A stretch of 45,167 nt of DNA from a virus. The stretch is from the IMG/VR virus record IMGVR_UViG_3300017963_000206; one strand, written 5' to 3'. Below, in pieces: positions 26,454 to 36,414 of the stretch (positions within the stretch are counted from its first letter, which is position 1; the number at the start of each line of letters is the position of its first letter). The notes under the pieces are model-generated. The model made no database searches. It was not told the origin of the DNA and saw nothing but the letters and a program-made list of their open reading frames with translations. The translations under genes and the position numbers were made by a program.

Positions 26454-27517
26454 TGATTTCACTTACTGCGGATATTCATTTTGAGAATTGGGCTGACTTC
26501 TCTAAGCTCGTTAAGTATAAAGGTCTGCATATCAATTCTCGACTTCGTGATACCATCCGGGCATACAGGCGTATGCAAAAAGCCTCCCGGAAAGCGGGTA
26601 GCACTCTCCATATTAATCTCGGAGACATTTTTGAACGCCGGGGAAAACTCGATGCGGAACTTTATAATCTCGCACTCGATACCGTTGAACCGAAAGAGGA
26701 AGACGACCATACGATTATAGTTCCCGGCAATCACGACTTCGCTACAAAAAATACTGATGTCCTGAGAAGCTCGGTCTTCGCATTCAAAAAACTTTTTCGG
26801 GTCGAAGTAATCGAAGGCTCTTACCACGGAACTCTTCACAATGAAAAAGTACACTTCTGGTTCGTGCCTTACTATGATAACAATGAAGACCTAGCCACGG
26901 TTCTTCGGAGCGTCCGGAAGGAAGCGAAGAAGGTGAAGGGTAAAAAATATCTCTTCGCTCATGCGGAAGTAAAAGGCGCGACCATGAATTCCCGTGCGAA
27001 AAGTAAACACGGTTTACCCCCGCGAGAGTTCGGCATCAAAGAATTCGACACAATCTTTCTCGGACACTTCCATCATCATCAGGTTATCGCCGGGAACATT
27101 GTTTATGTCGGAGCATTGACGCAACACAACTTCGGTGATGTCGGTCAGCGTAGAGGCTTTATTCTTTTGAACGAATTAAAAAATAAGTGGAAGCATGTAC
27201 GAATAAAATCCCCGCGCTTTCACGTTACGGAAGATATCGAAAAAGCTTTGGAACTCGATGGTAAAGGACACTTCGTAAGATTCCGTCCGGAAAATTCCGA
27301 AGAGCGTGAGCGCATTTTGAAACTGGTTGAGAAGGGGAAGTGCCGCATACAACTCTTGAGCGTGAAAAAAGAACTCGACATCGGTATGAAAGAAATCGGC
27401 AACACGAAACTTACTACCGAATCACTCGTGGAGCTTTGGGTAAACGATAGAGTCAAGCGTAAGAAATCGAGACCGCGCTACATTGAACGTGGTCTCGTTT
27501 ATCTTAAAGGACAGTAA
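26453..27517 (+). CDS. Mre11/SbcD-like nuclease (gp47-like)
   Basis: ADIH, LGDIF, PGNHD, GHFH metallophosphoesterase motifs. Confidence 0.9.
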   Translation: MISLTADIHFENWADFSKLVKYKGLHINSRLRDTIRAYRRMQKASRKAGSTLHINLGDIFERRGKLDAELYNLALDTVEPKEEDDHTIIVPGNHDFATKNTDVLRSSVFAFKKLFRVEVIEGSYHGTLHNEKVHFWFVPYYDNNEDLATVLRSVRKEAKKVKGKKYLFAHAEVKGATMNSRAKSKHGLPPREFGIKEFDTIFLGHFHHHQVIAGNIVYVGALTQHNFGDVGQRRGFILLNELKNKWKHVRIKSPRFHVTEDIEKALELDGKGHFVRFRPENSEERERILKLVEKGKCRIQLLSVKKELDIGMKEIGNTKLTTESLVELWVNDRVKRKKSRPRYIERGLVYLKGQ

Positions 27518-27518
27518 A

Positions 27519-29417
27519 ATGTTCACGATAGAAAAAATCATCGGCAGGAACATCGGACCGTATAAAAAACTCGACTTCGATGTAAGAAACCGTGGACTAA
27601 CTCTGGTTCTCGGAGAGGTCGAAGGTGAAGAAGGTATGGACTCCAACGGTGCGGGAAAGACTATGGCCTTCGATATTATGAACTGGATTCTATTCGACCA
27701 AACTACCAAAGACATTTCCAAAGATGAAATGTTACGAGATGGTGCGGATGGAGGTTACGGAAAGCTCCTTACGAAACTTGATGGTAAGCGTTTGAAAATT
27801 ATCCGGGGACGTAAGCATAAAAAATATAAGAATCATTTATGGGTCTGGTTGGACGGACAGGATGAACGTAAATCCACGGATGCCAAGACACGCGAACATC
27901 TCTGCAAACTCATCGGTTACAATTTCATCTCGTTCACCAATTCAACTTTCTTCCCGCAGGAAGGGATGAACTTTTTTGCCGCTCTCACCGACTCAGAGCG
28001 CAAGCATCTTCTCGAACAGATTCTAGGTCTCGAAAAAATCCGTGAAGCTCGGAAACGTGCTGCCGATGATAAGAAGAATATAAATAAAGAACTCACGGGA
28101 GTAAGGTCGGAATTATCAAGACTTCTCTCCACGCTCAAGGAAGTTGAAGAGACGAAAGAGCGGATGAGAAGAATGCACAAAAATTGGGTGAAAGAATTTA
28201 AAGAGTCGAAAACTCGGAGGGAAGATGAACTCCGGGACGCGAAAAAGAAACGTAAGAAGATAAAAGCTAAAATAAAAGAATTCAAAGAAACGGATGTGTC
28301 GAAACTTAATGTAAAGAAAGCTAATATAGTCCAAGACCATCTTAAAATTAAAAATGGACTCAGGAAATTGACGCAGAAAGTTGCCGACTCCTCCGCTTAC
28401 GTCCGGCATATCTCAACGCAATACGCGGAAATCGGAGCGGAGTTCACGGAACTCACAAAGAAAAAACCCGTCTGTCCGAAGTGTAAACGCGCTTTCAAAT
28501 CGAAAAAGGAATTGAAGAAATTAAAAGAGAAAACGCGGAAGCAACTCCGGACCTACGAAAAAGAACTTGACTCTGCGGAACGTGAAGAGGCCGCGCTTAA
28601 AACCAAACATGATGAACATGAAAAATCTTTAGAGGCTCTCGATGAAAAACTTGAGAAAATAAATAAGAGGATTCGTAAAGCGGAAAAGAAAAATAATCGT
28701 CTGGAAATTTATAAAGAGAGATTGGTCACGGTCCGGGAAACCATCAAACGCTTAACAAAAGAACTCGATGAGATGGTTAACGAAGAACCCCCGTTTAAGA
28801 AAATATTGAGTAACCAGAAAAATAAAGAGAAGAAAGCAAAAAAAGAACTCGGAAAATTCCAAAAACAGGAGAGACGTTTGAAGCGTAACCTGAAGTATGC
28901 GGAATTTTGGGAGCATGGTTTCGGTGACTCCGGTTTGAAAAATGTCCTACTTGATAACGCTCTGAAATTTCTCGAAGAGGAAATCACCAATATACTATCA
29001 CAGGTCACGCACGGAATTTTCTCGGTCTCGATTTCCCCGGTGCAAAAGTTGAAAACAAAAAAAGACGGTGCGTTACCGAAGCGTATGAAAATTAATTTCG
29101 AGATTCAGCGGGGAACGAAGCGGCGTACATACAAACAACTTTCCGGAGGCCAACGTAAGCGAATTAATATCGCTGCGCTTCTCGCGCTCCGCAAACTTTC
29201 ATTCTTAGGCTCCGGGCATCCGACTAATATATTGATACTCGATGAGATACTTACTTCACTCGATAAAAAGGGTGTCGCTCTGGTTTATGATATACTCACG
29301 GAAAGCGACATCGAAAGTATCTTCCTCATCTCACACAAAGAACTTTCTACCGCTGGTTTCGATTCGATACTTACTGCAAAATATAAAAATGATATATCCA
29401 CGTTGGAGGTTGCATGA
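27519..29417 (+). CDS. Rad50/SbcC-like ATPase (gp46-like)
   Basis: SNGAGKT, coiled coil with CPKC hook, LSGGQ, ILILDE, ISH. Confidence 0.93.
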   Translation: MFTIEKIIGRNIGPYKKLDFDVRNRGLTLVLGEVEGEEGMDSNGAGKTMAFDIMNWILFDQTTKDISKDEMLRDGADGGYGKLLTKLDGKRLKIIRGRKHKKYKNHLWVWLDGQDERKSTDAKTREHLCKLIGYNFISFTNSTFFPQEGMNFFAALTDSERKHLLEQILGLEKIREARKRAADDKKNINKELTGVRSELSRLLSTLKEVEETKERMRRMHKNWVKEFKESKTRREDELRDAKKKRKKIKAKIKEFKETDVSKLNVKKANIVQDHLKIKNGLRKLTQKVADSSAYVRHISTQYAEIGAEFTELTKKKPVCPKCKRAFKSKKELKKLKEKTRKQLRTYEKELDSAEREEAALKTKHDEHEKSLEALDEKLEKINKRIRKAEKKNNRLEIYKERLVTVRETIKRLTKELDEMVNEEPPFKKILSNQKNKEKKAKKELGKFQKQERRLKRNLKYAEFWEHGFGDSGLKNVLLDNALKFLEEEITNILSQVTHGIFSVSISPVQKLKTKKDGALPKRMKINFEIQRGTKRRTYKQLSGGQRKRINIAALLALRKLSFLGSGHPTNILILDEILTSLDKKGVALVYDILTESDIESIFLISHKELSTAGFDSILTAKYKNDISTLEVA

Positions 29418-29815
29418 TTCCAGTAAAACAAACACGACTTCATAATGAACCGGAAGGGAGTATCGGTAATTGTTGGGAGGCATGTATCGCAAGTATTCTC
29501 GAACTCCCGATTGAAGACATCCCTGATTGCGCCGATGAAAATTGGTGGACCGCAACGCAGAACTGGCTTTTGAAAAATTGCGGTGCGAAACTTCTCCGGA
29601 TTAATAATACAGGAGAGAAAACAATTCTCCCCGGACCCTTCACTTATTATATACTATCAGGTAAGTCCCCGCGCTCGGACGTTCAACATGCGGTAGTGGC
29701 TCATAGAGGTGGTATCGTTCACGACCCGCATCCTTCCGATGATGGTCTTGATGGCGAGTGGCGGGAGGCTTATTTTTTTGTCCCGGTTGACCCTTCGACA
29801 TTAAAAAGGAAATAG
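29414..29815 (+). CDS. conserved-looking phage protein, possible papain-like Cys-His-Asp fold
   Basis: GNCWEACIASILEL...HAVV...HDPHP. Confidence 0.6.
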   Translation: MIPVKQTRLHNEPEGSIGNCWEACIASILELPIEDIPDCADENWWTATQNWLLKNCGAKLLRINNTGEKTILPGPFTYYILSGKSPRSDVQHAVVAHRGGIVHDPHPSDDGLDGEWREAYFFVPVDPSTLKRK

Positions 29816-29817
29816 CA

Positions 29818-30030
29818 ATGGACGAACAGTTGGATAAGATACGACAAATCGTTGATAATGCACAAGGACTTCCAGATTCGATTGCGGTAAGTATCCTCCG
29901 CAATACGAAAACTTGCCCGGACCAAAAAGAAAAAAAAGGCGACCCGGAGAATAAGTTTTGTATTAAATGTTGGAAAAGTTTCATTAGCTCCGGGGTTTTT
30001 ACTTCATGCAGGAGAGATGAAAATGTCTGA
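29818..30030 (+). CDS. small Cys-containing hypothetical protein
   Basis: fills the operon gap; AAGGA SD. Confidence 0.55.
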   Translation: MDEQLDKIRQIVDNAQGLPDSIAVSILRNTKTCPDQKEKKGDPENKFCIKCWKSFISSGVFTSCRRDENV

Positions 30031-30592
30031 CCGTGGAGGATGGAAAAAATACGAGAGGCAATGCGCCGAACTTCTGAGTATATGGTGGGACGGGAATAAA
30101 AAACAGTTTCGCAGACTTCCTCTCAAAGCAGGATGGCAATGGGACGCTCGTGGTCCGGATATCGTGAGACTTCTCGACCCGAAAGAAAAATCTCCGAGTT
30201 CCGATGTCATTGATTACTCCTTTCCATTTTTCGTTGAGTGTAAAAAACGAAAAGCTATGAACATCACGGAACTGGTTGGCAAACCCCCGAAACCCGGAAA
30301 CAATATTACCGGATGGTATTTAAAAACGGCACAGAGAGCTATTGGCGGCAAGACCTTCCCAATGGTCTTCGCTCGATTCCCACGGTCACACACAAACTTT
30401 ATTTTCATTCCTCTCGCTGCGATACCGAAATCGGAAAGAAAAAAGTGTCGGTACATGCGCGTGACTTTTCCCGGCGCACCGAAACTGATGAAGGTGGTCG
30501 GTATCTTCGATGCGAAAGAATTGAAAAAAATAAATCGGACGAAGGTGAAGAAGCATGTCGAAAGTAAAAGGAAAAAAATCAAAAAAAGGTAA
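30017..30592 (+). CDS. Holliday junction resolvase (PD-(D/E)xK, Hjc-like)
   Basis: G...YERQCAELL, PDIV, FFVECKK. Confidence 0.75.
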   Translation: MKMSDRGGWKKYERQCAELLSIWWDGNKKQFRRLPLKAGWQWDARGPDIVRLLDPKEKSPSSDVIDYSFPFFVECKKRKAMNITELVGKPPKPGNNITGWYLKTAQRAIGGKTFPMVFARFPRSHTNFIFIPLAAIPKSERKKCRYMRVTFPGAPKLMKVVGIFDAKELKKINRTKVKKHVESKRKKIKKR

Positions 30593-33350
30593 GCGGAAAG
30601 TTAAGAAGGTTAAGGTCAATCGTTCCGGGATAGTTGTAGTCGAATTATCCCCCGGCAAACATGAGACCGAAAAAACTTCTCCCGCTCTGGTCAATCGAAC
30701 TGCGGAACGGTTGGCTCTCGAATATTGCAAGCGGCGTTCCGATTTAAAAGATGTGCCTTTTGAGTTCATACGTCTGATGCCTCATTGGGTTAAGAAACCA
30801 CCGAAGAAAGATACTGAGCCGTATATAGAAAATTTCTTTGAACGAATTAAAAAGCTGAAACCAAAGTTGGTTATTCTTCTCGGACAAACTATTGCCGAAG
30901 TTCTTAACAAAACAAGCTCTTTCGATACGATGCGCGGATGGTGGAACGTAGGTCAATTCCATCAGCGTATCAAAGTTCCTACTATTCTTACTTACGATGG
31001 AGCGCAGTTACTTACCAAATGGTCTCGTGTTTACGATACCATCATGGACTTCAATGAAGTCGCTCGTGTAGTAAAAAACAATTTCAAACCGAAGCGAGTG
31101 AAGTACGAAAAGTTTTTTGAGCAGGGTAAGTATGTTATCTGCGATACGATTGAAAAAGTAAAGGCGGCGGTAAAGGAATGCGAGAAGTCCAATTTGATTG
31201 CGGTGGATATCGAGACCACGGGACTTAAGCATTGGAAAGACGAGATACTTTGTATCGGCCTTTCTCCTGCAAAACATCGTGCCTTTGTTATCCCGCTTAA
31301 ATCTTCGAGAAGGATTTGTCCTTCCGAAATTAAAGTTAAGAAATTTAAGAAAAGCGGGTTTCGTAAAATCAATCGGACGATGGAGACTGAAGGACTCGTA
31401 CTCGATAAGGAAGTTGAGTATTATGAATTTTGGAATAGCCCGAAGGAAGAGAAACAAGTCCTCAGTATCCTCCGGAAGTTTTTCAACAACCCAAAAAATA
31501 AATTCGCCGGACAGAATGTTAAGTTCGATAACCTGAATCTCCGGCGTAAAAAAATAAAACCGAATATTGTTTGGGACAGCATGACCGCTTCCAGAGTGCA
31601 GGATGAAAACCGTCCCTCCAATTTAAATTATCTCTGTCAATGGCACGGTATCCGTTACGGTAAATACGATGAAAAAAATTACGACTATATTCCCCGTGAT
31701 GATAAGAAGGATAGGAAGTTCGCGGATATCCCGAACTATTGGCTCTGGCTTTATCAATGTGTCGATGCGGATGTGACATGGCAACTCGAAGCAAAACAGA
31801 GGCCGATTATTGACTCCGATGAAAATATGAAACGCATCATGTATGATATTCAGCTTCCGATGCGTGATGTTTTTGAAGATGTTGAATTCCGTGGAGTGAA
31901 GATAGATGTTGAGCGTATGAAAAATATAGCAATGGTTTACGAGACTCAGGTTGAGATGCTCGATAAAGCTCTGCGAAAAGCAATACGCAAACACCCGAAG
32001 TGTAAAGGTTTTGATGTCGATGAATTTAAAATCGGTTCCGGACCGAAGAAAAAGAATTTATTGTTTGAACGTCTGCAACTCCCTTCTTTCAAACTCACGG
32101 ATAAGGGAGATGATTCCACTTCGAGTTATGTTCTCGAAAAAATCACGGAAGATAAATCGGTCCCGAAGAAAGACCGGGAGATTGCGAAGTACATTTTAAA
32201 TATAGGTAAGTGCAAATCCATCGTGACAAATATGCTTGGCTCTCTTGAGACAGGTGGGAAGTCGGAAGGATATCTCGGATTCATAGATAAGTATGGGTAT
32301 GCTCACACGTCTTATCAAATCGACTTTACTAAAACCGGGAGACTTTCTTCTCGTGGCATTAATCTTCAGAACGTGAGACGTGCCGGGAGTATGCCCGAAA
32401 TTACAGGACGCGCATTGAAGATGGCGAAAAAACTCTTCCCGGAAAATTGGAAGCGTGTCCGTAAAGCGCATAAGAAAAAAATCAAAGAGGGAAAGGCGAA
32501 GAAGGGAAGTAAGCCGGATACCAGCGGCCTCCTCTCTTACGGCGAAATCTTCATACCTTATCGTGATGGTAATTGTATTCTCAGTCTCGACTATAAAGCT
32601 CTCGAACTTCGTATTATGATGTGGCTCTCCGGGGACCAGAATGGTCTGCGGGAATTCTCAAAAGGTCTTGACATGCACACTCAGAATGCGAGTCTGTTTT
32701 TCGATGTCAAGCCCGAAGATGTTTCACCCCTCCAACGATATGATTCCAAAACTTCCGGATTCTCTTTGAACTATGGCGGCGGCGTAAAGACCATGATGGA
32801 GAAAACCGGAGTTGATTATGAGGAAGCGAAACGGCGAGAGCATCTTTACTTCAATAAAAAATACACGCGAATAAAAAAATGGTGGGACGAAGGAGTTGCG
32901 GTTGCAAGAAAGCAAGGTTACGTTGAAAACTTTTTCGGCAGGAGAAGAAACGTAGGTCTCGCGTATAAATTTTATTCCTTCGTTGAAAGAAATATAAGAG
33001 GCACGGGAGCGGGTTCGAGTAAGCGTTGGATTAATATGCTGGTCGCTCACGTTGACCGTCAGGTTTATAATTTTCCGATTCAATCTTTTGCTGCCGACCT
33101 GATGAACTATCGCATCATCGAACTCAACAATCACTTGAAAAAATATCCGAAGGCCCGTATCATTCTTCAGGTCCACGATGATGTAACCATTGATATACCG
33201 AAGAAGAAAAAGAAAAAGATTCTCCGGAACGCAACCCGGATTCTCGAATGGAAAAATGTTCCTTCCCCAAGTCGCTTTGCTCAAAATAGAAAGTTTAAGA
33301 AGGTTGACTTTCTTATCGAGTGGAGTATTGGGGAACACTGGATACACTAG
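30555..33350 (+). CDS. family A DNA polymerase with 3'-5' exonuclease and a degenerate N-terminal UDG-like domain
   Basis: DIETTGL, TGRLSS, DYKALELR (motif A), RxxSKxxGFSLNYG (B), QVHDD (C); PKLVILLG...MRG...PTILTY remnant. Confidence 0.93.
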   Translation: MSKVKGKKSKKGKRKVKKVKVNRSGIVVVELSPGKHETEKTSPALVNRTAERLALEYCKRRSDLKDVPFEFIRLMPHWVKKPPKKDTEPYIENFFERIKKLKPKLVILLGQTIAEVLNKTSSFDTMRGWWNVGQFHQRIKVPTILTYDGAQLLTKWSRVYDTIMDFNEVARVVKNNFKPKRVKYEKFFEQGKYVICDTIEKVKAAVKECEKSNLIAVDIETTGLKHWKDEILCIGLSPAKHRAFVIPLKSSRRICPSEIKVKKFKKSGFRKINRTMETEGLVLDKEVEYYEFWNSPKEEKQVLSILRKFFNNPKNKFAGQNVKFDNLNLRRKKIKPNIVWDSMTASRVQDENRPSNLNYLCQWHGIRYGKYDEKNYDYIPRDDKKDRKFADIPNYWLWLYQCVDADVTWQLEAKQRPIIDSDENMKRIMYDIQLPMRDVFEDVEFRGVKIDVERMKNIAMVYETQVEMLDKALRKAIRKHPKCKGFDVDEFKIGSGPKKKNLLFERLQLPSFKLTDKGDDSTSSYVLEKITEDKSVPKKDREIAKYILNIGKCKSIVTNMLGSLETGGKSEGYLGFIDKYGYAHTSYQIDFTKTGRLSSRGINLQNVRRAGSMPEITGRALKMAKKLFPENWKRVRKAHKKKIKEGKAKKGSKPDTSGLLSYGEIFIPYRDGNCILSLDYKALELRIMMWLSGDQNGLREFSKGLDMHTQNASLFFDVKPEDVSPLQRYDSKTSGFSLNYGGGVKTMMEKTGVDYEEAKRREHLYFNKKYTRIKKWWDEGVAVARKQGYVENFFGRRRNVGLAYKFYSFVERNIRGTGAGSSKRWINMLVAHVDRQVYNFPIQSFAADLMNYRIIELNNHLKKYPKARIILQVHDDVTIDIPKKKKKKILRNATRILEWKNVPSPSRFAQNRKFKKVDFLIEWSIGEHWIH

Positions 33351-33356
33351 GAGTTA

Positions 33357-33815
33357 ATGATGTCCAATTATGACCGTCCTCAGATAGTTCGAGACTTAGA
33401 TGTAAGTGAAGATATGAACCAAGATTTTTTGGAACTTCCCGGAATATATTTTCACTACGGCGCAATGTTGGAAGACGAAGAACATAAACTTCGCTCATTG
33501 AAAACTCGACTCGAAGTTTACGAAGAGACACAAAAAGAAATCATCCGGGCAACTCTGGAAAACGAAGAGGAACGTGCTACCGAAGCGCGGGTGAAAAGTC
33601 TCCTGAAGTTAAAAAAGAAATGGCAACGTCTCAAGAAAAAAATCAACATAGCAAAACACAATGTCGGGATTCTCACACGGGCATGTAAATCTTTTGAGTT
33701 CAAACAATCCTCCCTGATTAATGTCGGAGCTTCCCTTAGAAAAATCGAACCTGACTTAACCATCTTTGACGAACCCAAACATCGGAAGAAAAAGAAAAAG
33801 AAGAAAAGGAAATGA
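33357..33815 (+). CDS. coiled-coil protein, possibly UvsY-like recombination mediator; Lys-rich tail
   Basis: helical pattern, size and replication-module context. Confidence 0.5.
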   Translation: MMSNYDRPQIVRDLDVSEDMNQDFLELPGIYFHYGAMLEDEEHKLRSLKTRLEVYEETQKEIIRATLENEEERATEARVKSLLKLKKKWQRLKKKINIAKHNVGILTRACKSFEFKQSSLINVGASLRKIEPDLTIFDEPKHRKKKKKKKRK

Positions 33816-33836
33816 TACCTCTCTCCATTTCCGTCT

Positions 33837-33872
33837 ATCCCTGTCTAGTAAGCCTATTAGACGGGGATTTTT
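33837..33872 (+). terminator. intrinsic terminator ending the replication operon
   Basis: ATCCCTGTCTAGTA/TATTAGACGGGGAT plus T-run. Confidence 0.75.
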
Positions 33873-33899
33873 ATTTTATCGAAATAATTTGTTTTATAC

Positions 33900-33928
33900 T
33901 TGAATTCTAAAGTATATTTTGGTATAAT
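33900..33928 (+). promoter_or_regulatory. sigma70 early-type promoter
   Basis: TTGAAT-17 nt-TATAAT; spacer ends ATTTTGG. Confidence 0.75.
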
Positions 33929-33973
33929 ATGTATCAAATGAACCACTTTAGCAAAAAAAGGAGGGCTACCTTA

Positions 33974-35380
33974 ATGCTAGAAACGAAGAGCAAATTTCGA
34001 GATGTGATGTCCCGGAGAAATAAACTTCGGGAGCAAGTCCAACAGGGGAGTCAATCTCTTCCGGATATTGAACCGGGATTTGAAGAACTCTCAGAAAACA
34101 TTTTCGATTCCTTTTACAACTGCACACCTCCGGAAGCGAAGAGCAAAATCGCGGAGAGAATTCACGGTCACGATTCTTTCAAACGCATGAGAAAATTTTC
34201 CGTGAAGGATTCACTTAACTCTACCTTCGCAACAATGGCTATCAACGAAAAAATTATGAACGGTGAAATTCCGGTCAGCGAAAAACCTCAACCGCAAAAC
34301 CAGAAAAATAATTTCGACCATCTCGATTCCGTTCCGCAGTTTGATGATGAAGTAGGAGGTGGAAATAATTTCTCCGACATGATGAAACAACTCGCGGATG
34401 AAACCGGAGAGGAACTCGAAGATTACAAAGAGGGTCGTGATGAACTTGAGACGGAAGCGCAAATCGCGTTTGCGATTCAAGACGCTCTCGATGAGGCCGA
34501 AGAAAAAGCGCAGGAAGTTAAGATGTTGGCGCAAGCTCTCGGTTACGGAACCGGGATGTCGGAGTGGAGCGAAGTTCCGGAAGGTGACAGGGAACGCATA
34601 GCGGAAAAACTTAAGAACGATTACATCCTGAAAAGAATTCTCGAACTCGCTGGACGGATGTTCCTGACGATGGATGCGAACAAGCGTTCATCATATACTC
34701 ATGGCCGTGACGAAATCATCGGAGTCGAACAGGGCAATGACTTGACTCGACTTCTTCCTTCGGAACTCGTGAAGGCAAAACATCCCGGACTGAAAAAAGA
34801 ATTTTATCGCGGATATCTTGAACGCGGATTACTGCAATATGAAATGAGAGCGGAAGAGAAAAAGAAAAAAGGACCGTTCATTATTCTCGAAGACCAATCT
34901 GGTTCGATGTCCGGAACTCCGGACCAATGGGCGAAAGCTCTGGTGATGGCAACTTGGAGAATTTGTAAAAAAGAGAAGCGTGAGGTTATTTGGATTCCTT
35001 TCGATTCTTCGGTTGGTAAGGAATATAAGTTCGACAGCAAAATGACGCTTGACAAACTGATGAATTTTTTCCGGGCATTCATGGGAGGTGGAACGGATTT
35101 CCAAAAGCCTCTCGACAAAGCTGCGGAAATCTGCGAGACCGAAGAGGATTGCGACATCATTATAATTACTGACGGGGATGCACCCGTTGATAACACTTGG
35201 CTCGAAGAATTTAAACGTAAGCAAGAAAAAAATGGTTTTACTGTTCTCGGAGTACAGGTCGGAGGGTATAATTCAAATTCGCTCGATATGATTTGCGATA
35301 AACAAGCTCGTGTGAATACCCGGACCAATAATGATGCGGAGGTTCTTCAGTGGGTAACAACTCAGAATACAAAGAAATAG
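33974..35380 (+). CDS. vWA-domain protein (ViaA/CoxE-like)
   Basis: GNDLTRLLPSE, MIDAS DQSGSM, GGGTDF, IITDG; AAGGAGG SD. Confidence 0.88.
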   Translation: MLETKSKFRDVMSRRNKLREQVQQGSQSLPDIEPGFEELSENIFDSFYNCTPPEAKSKIAERIHGHDSFKRMRKFSVKDSLNSTFATMAINEKIMNGEIPVSEKPQPQNQKNNFDHLDSVPQFDDEVGGGNNFSDMMKQLADETGEELEDYKEGRDELETEAQIAFAIQDALDEAEEKAQEVKMLAQALGYGTGMSEWSEVPEGDRERIAEKLKNDYILKRILELAGRMFLTMDANKRSSYTHGRDEIIGVEQGNDLTRLLPSELVKAKHPGLKKEFYRGYLERGLLQYEMRAEEKKKKGPFIILEDQSGSMSGTPDQWAKALVMATWRICKKEKREVIWIPFDSSVGKEYKFDSKMTLDKLMNFFRAFMGGGTDFQKPLDKAAEICETEEDCDIIIITDGDAPVDNTWLEEFKRKQEKNGFTVLGVQVGGYNSNSLDMICDKQARVNTRTNNDAEVLQWVTTQNTKK

Positions 35381-35406
35381 TTTGTCCTTCTGGTTTCACG
35401 AAGACG

Positions 35407-35742
35407 ATGATACAGCGACTAGGACTCTGGCGCGAACCCGGACCCAATATAATTAAAGGTGCGGTGAAAGAGGAGGTTGACCGAATCTTGATTGCCGCAC
35501 CTACATACCATCACCGGGACGTGAAATATATTCTCGAACTGGAAAATCAAAATGACTCGATGGAGGAACGGGTCGCAATGGCAGGAAGAATTTTCGGTGA
35601 CGGTTTCATCGTCAAGGTTCTGGACCAAGATAACGTCTTGCAGGAAGTTTTGCTTGCCTGTTTCAAAGATATGGATTACTTTAGATTCGCTCGTATGAGT
35701 ATTAAGGATTTTGAGATAAAGTATATTGAACTCGGAATCTAA
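35407..35742 (+). CDS. hypothetical protein (start uncertain)
   Basis: ORF fills the gap; weak SD. Confidence 0.5.
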   Translation: MIQRLGLWREPGPNIIKGAVKEEVDRILIAAPTYHHRDVKYILELENQNDSMEERVAMAGRIFGDGFIVKVLDQDNVLQEVLLACFKDMDYFRFARMSIKDFEIKYIELGI

Positions 35743-35771
35743 AAATTATTTTGAAAAAATTATTTTAGACG

Positions 35772-35800
35772 TTGACATTTAGTGTATCAGTGAGTATAAT
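35772..35800 (+). promoter_or_regulatory. consensus sigma70 promoter
   Basis: TTGACA-17 nt-TATAAT. Confidence 0.85.
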
Positions 35801-35847
35801 ACTAACGCTAAACTTAACTATAACCAAAAAGAGGAGGTAAACCGAAC

Positions 35848-36132
35848 ATGCCAAAGAAAGCAAAGAAGACAAAAAAAGAAAAGACCGAAAAAAAGTCAAA
35901 GAAGACCAAAAAGAAAAAACTCTCGAAGGGAGTAAAGAAGGGTCTCGCTGATGGCGGCGATTTCGGAAATCCGGATGCGCTTGTTGTCAGGTCGCAAAGT
36001 TCCGTGGAGATGAAGCGGGACAAAAACGGTGCGGTCACATGGACCATCAAATGTTACATGGACGACCCACAGGATGCCGCAGAGAAAGCGGTTGAAGTGA
36101 ACGAATATCTCTCGGAAGAATACCCCCTCTAG
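35848..36132 (+). CDS. small protein with Lys-rich N-terminus
   Basis: AGGAGGT SD. Confidence 0.75.
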   Translation: MPKKAKKTKKEKTEKKSKKTKKKKLSKGVKKGLADGGDFGNPDALVVRSQSSVEMKRDKNGAVTWTIKCYMDDPQDAAEKAVEVNEYLSEEYPL

Positions 36133-36231
36133 TGGACCGGGGGAGGCCCACGGGTCTCCCCTGTTCCCGTTTAAACCCTTGATTCGCGTAGTATATATAC
36201 TACACGAATCAACCCTGAAGGAGATGTGCGA

Positions 36232-36390
36232 GTGAAAAAAGGACACGTCAAAATTACTAAGTACGTTTGCCCGTCTTGCAAGAGCATCTATAATAAAAAA
36301 GGTGTCGGCGGGTATCGCATCTGCACGAACTGTAATACTCGATATAAGGCTGACCGTGGACGTAAGGAGCGTATCGTTCACCGTCCTTAA
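36232..36390 (+). CDS. 52-aa Zn-ribbon protein (not in ORF track)
   Basis: AAGGAG SD, GTG start, CPSC...CTNC. Confidence 0.6.
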   Translation: MKKGHVKITKYVCPSCKSIYNKKGVGGYRICTNCNTRYKADRGRKERIVHRP

Positions 36391-36414
36391 AATTTCGAGA
36401 CGGAGGGCTACCAA

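Noticed and set aside
32380-32530. Lys-rich insertion in the DNA polymerase between TGRLSS and motif A, considered as an intein or intron
   Set aside because: Only about 45 aa, in frame, with no intein terminal residues or endonuclease motifs; better read as another basic loop.
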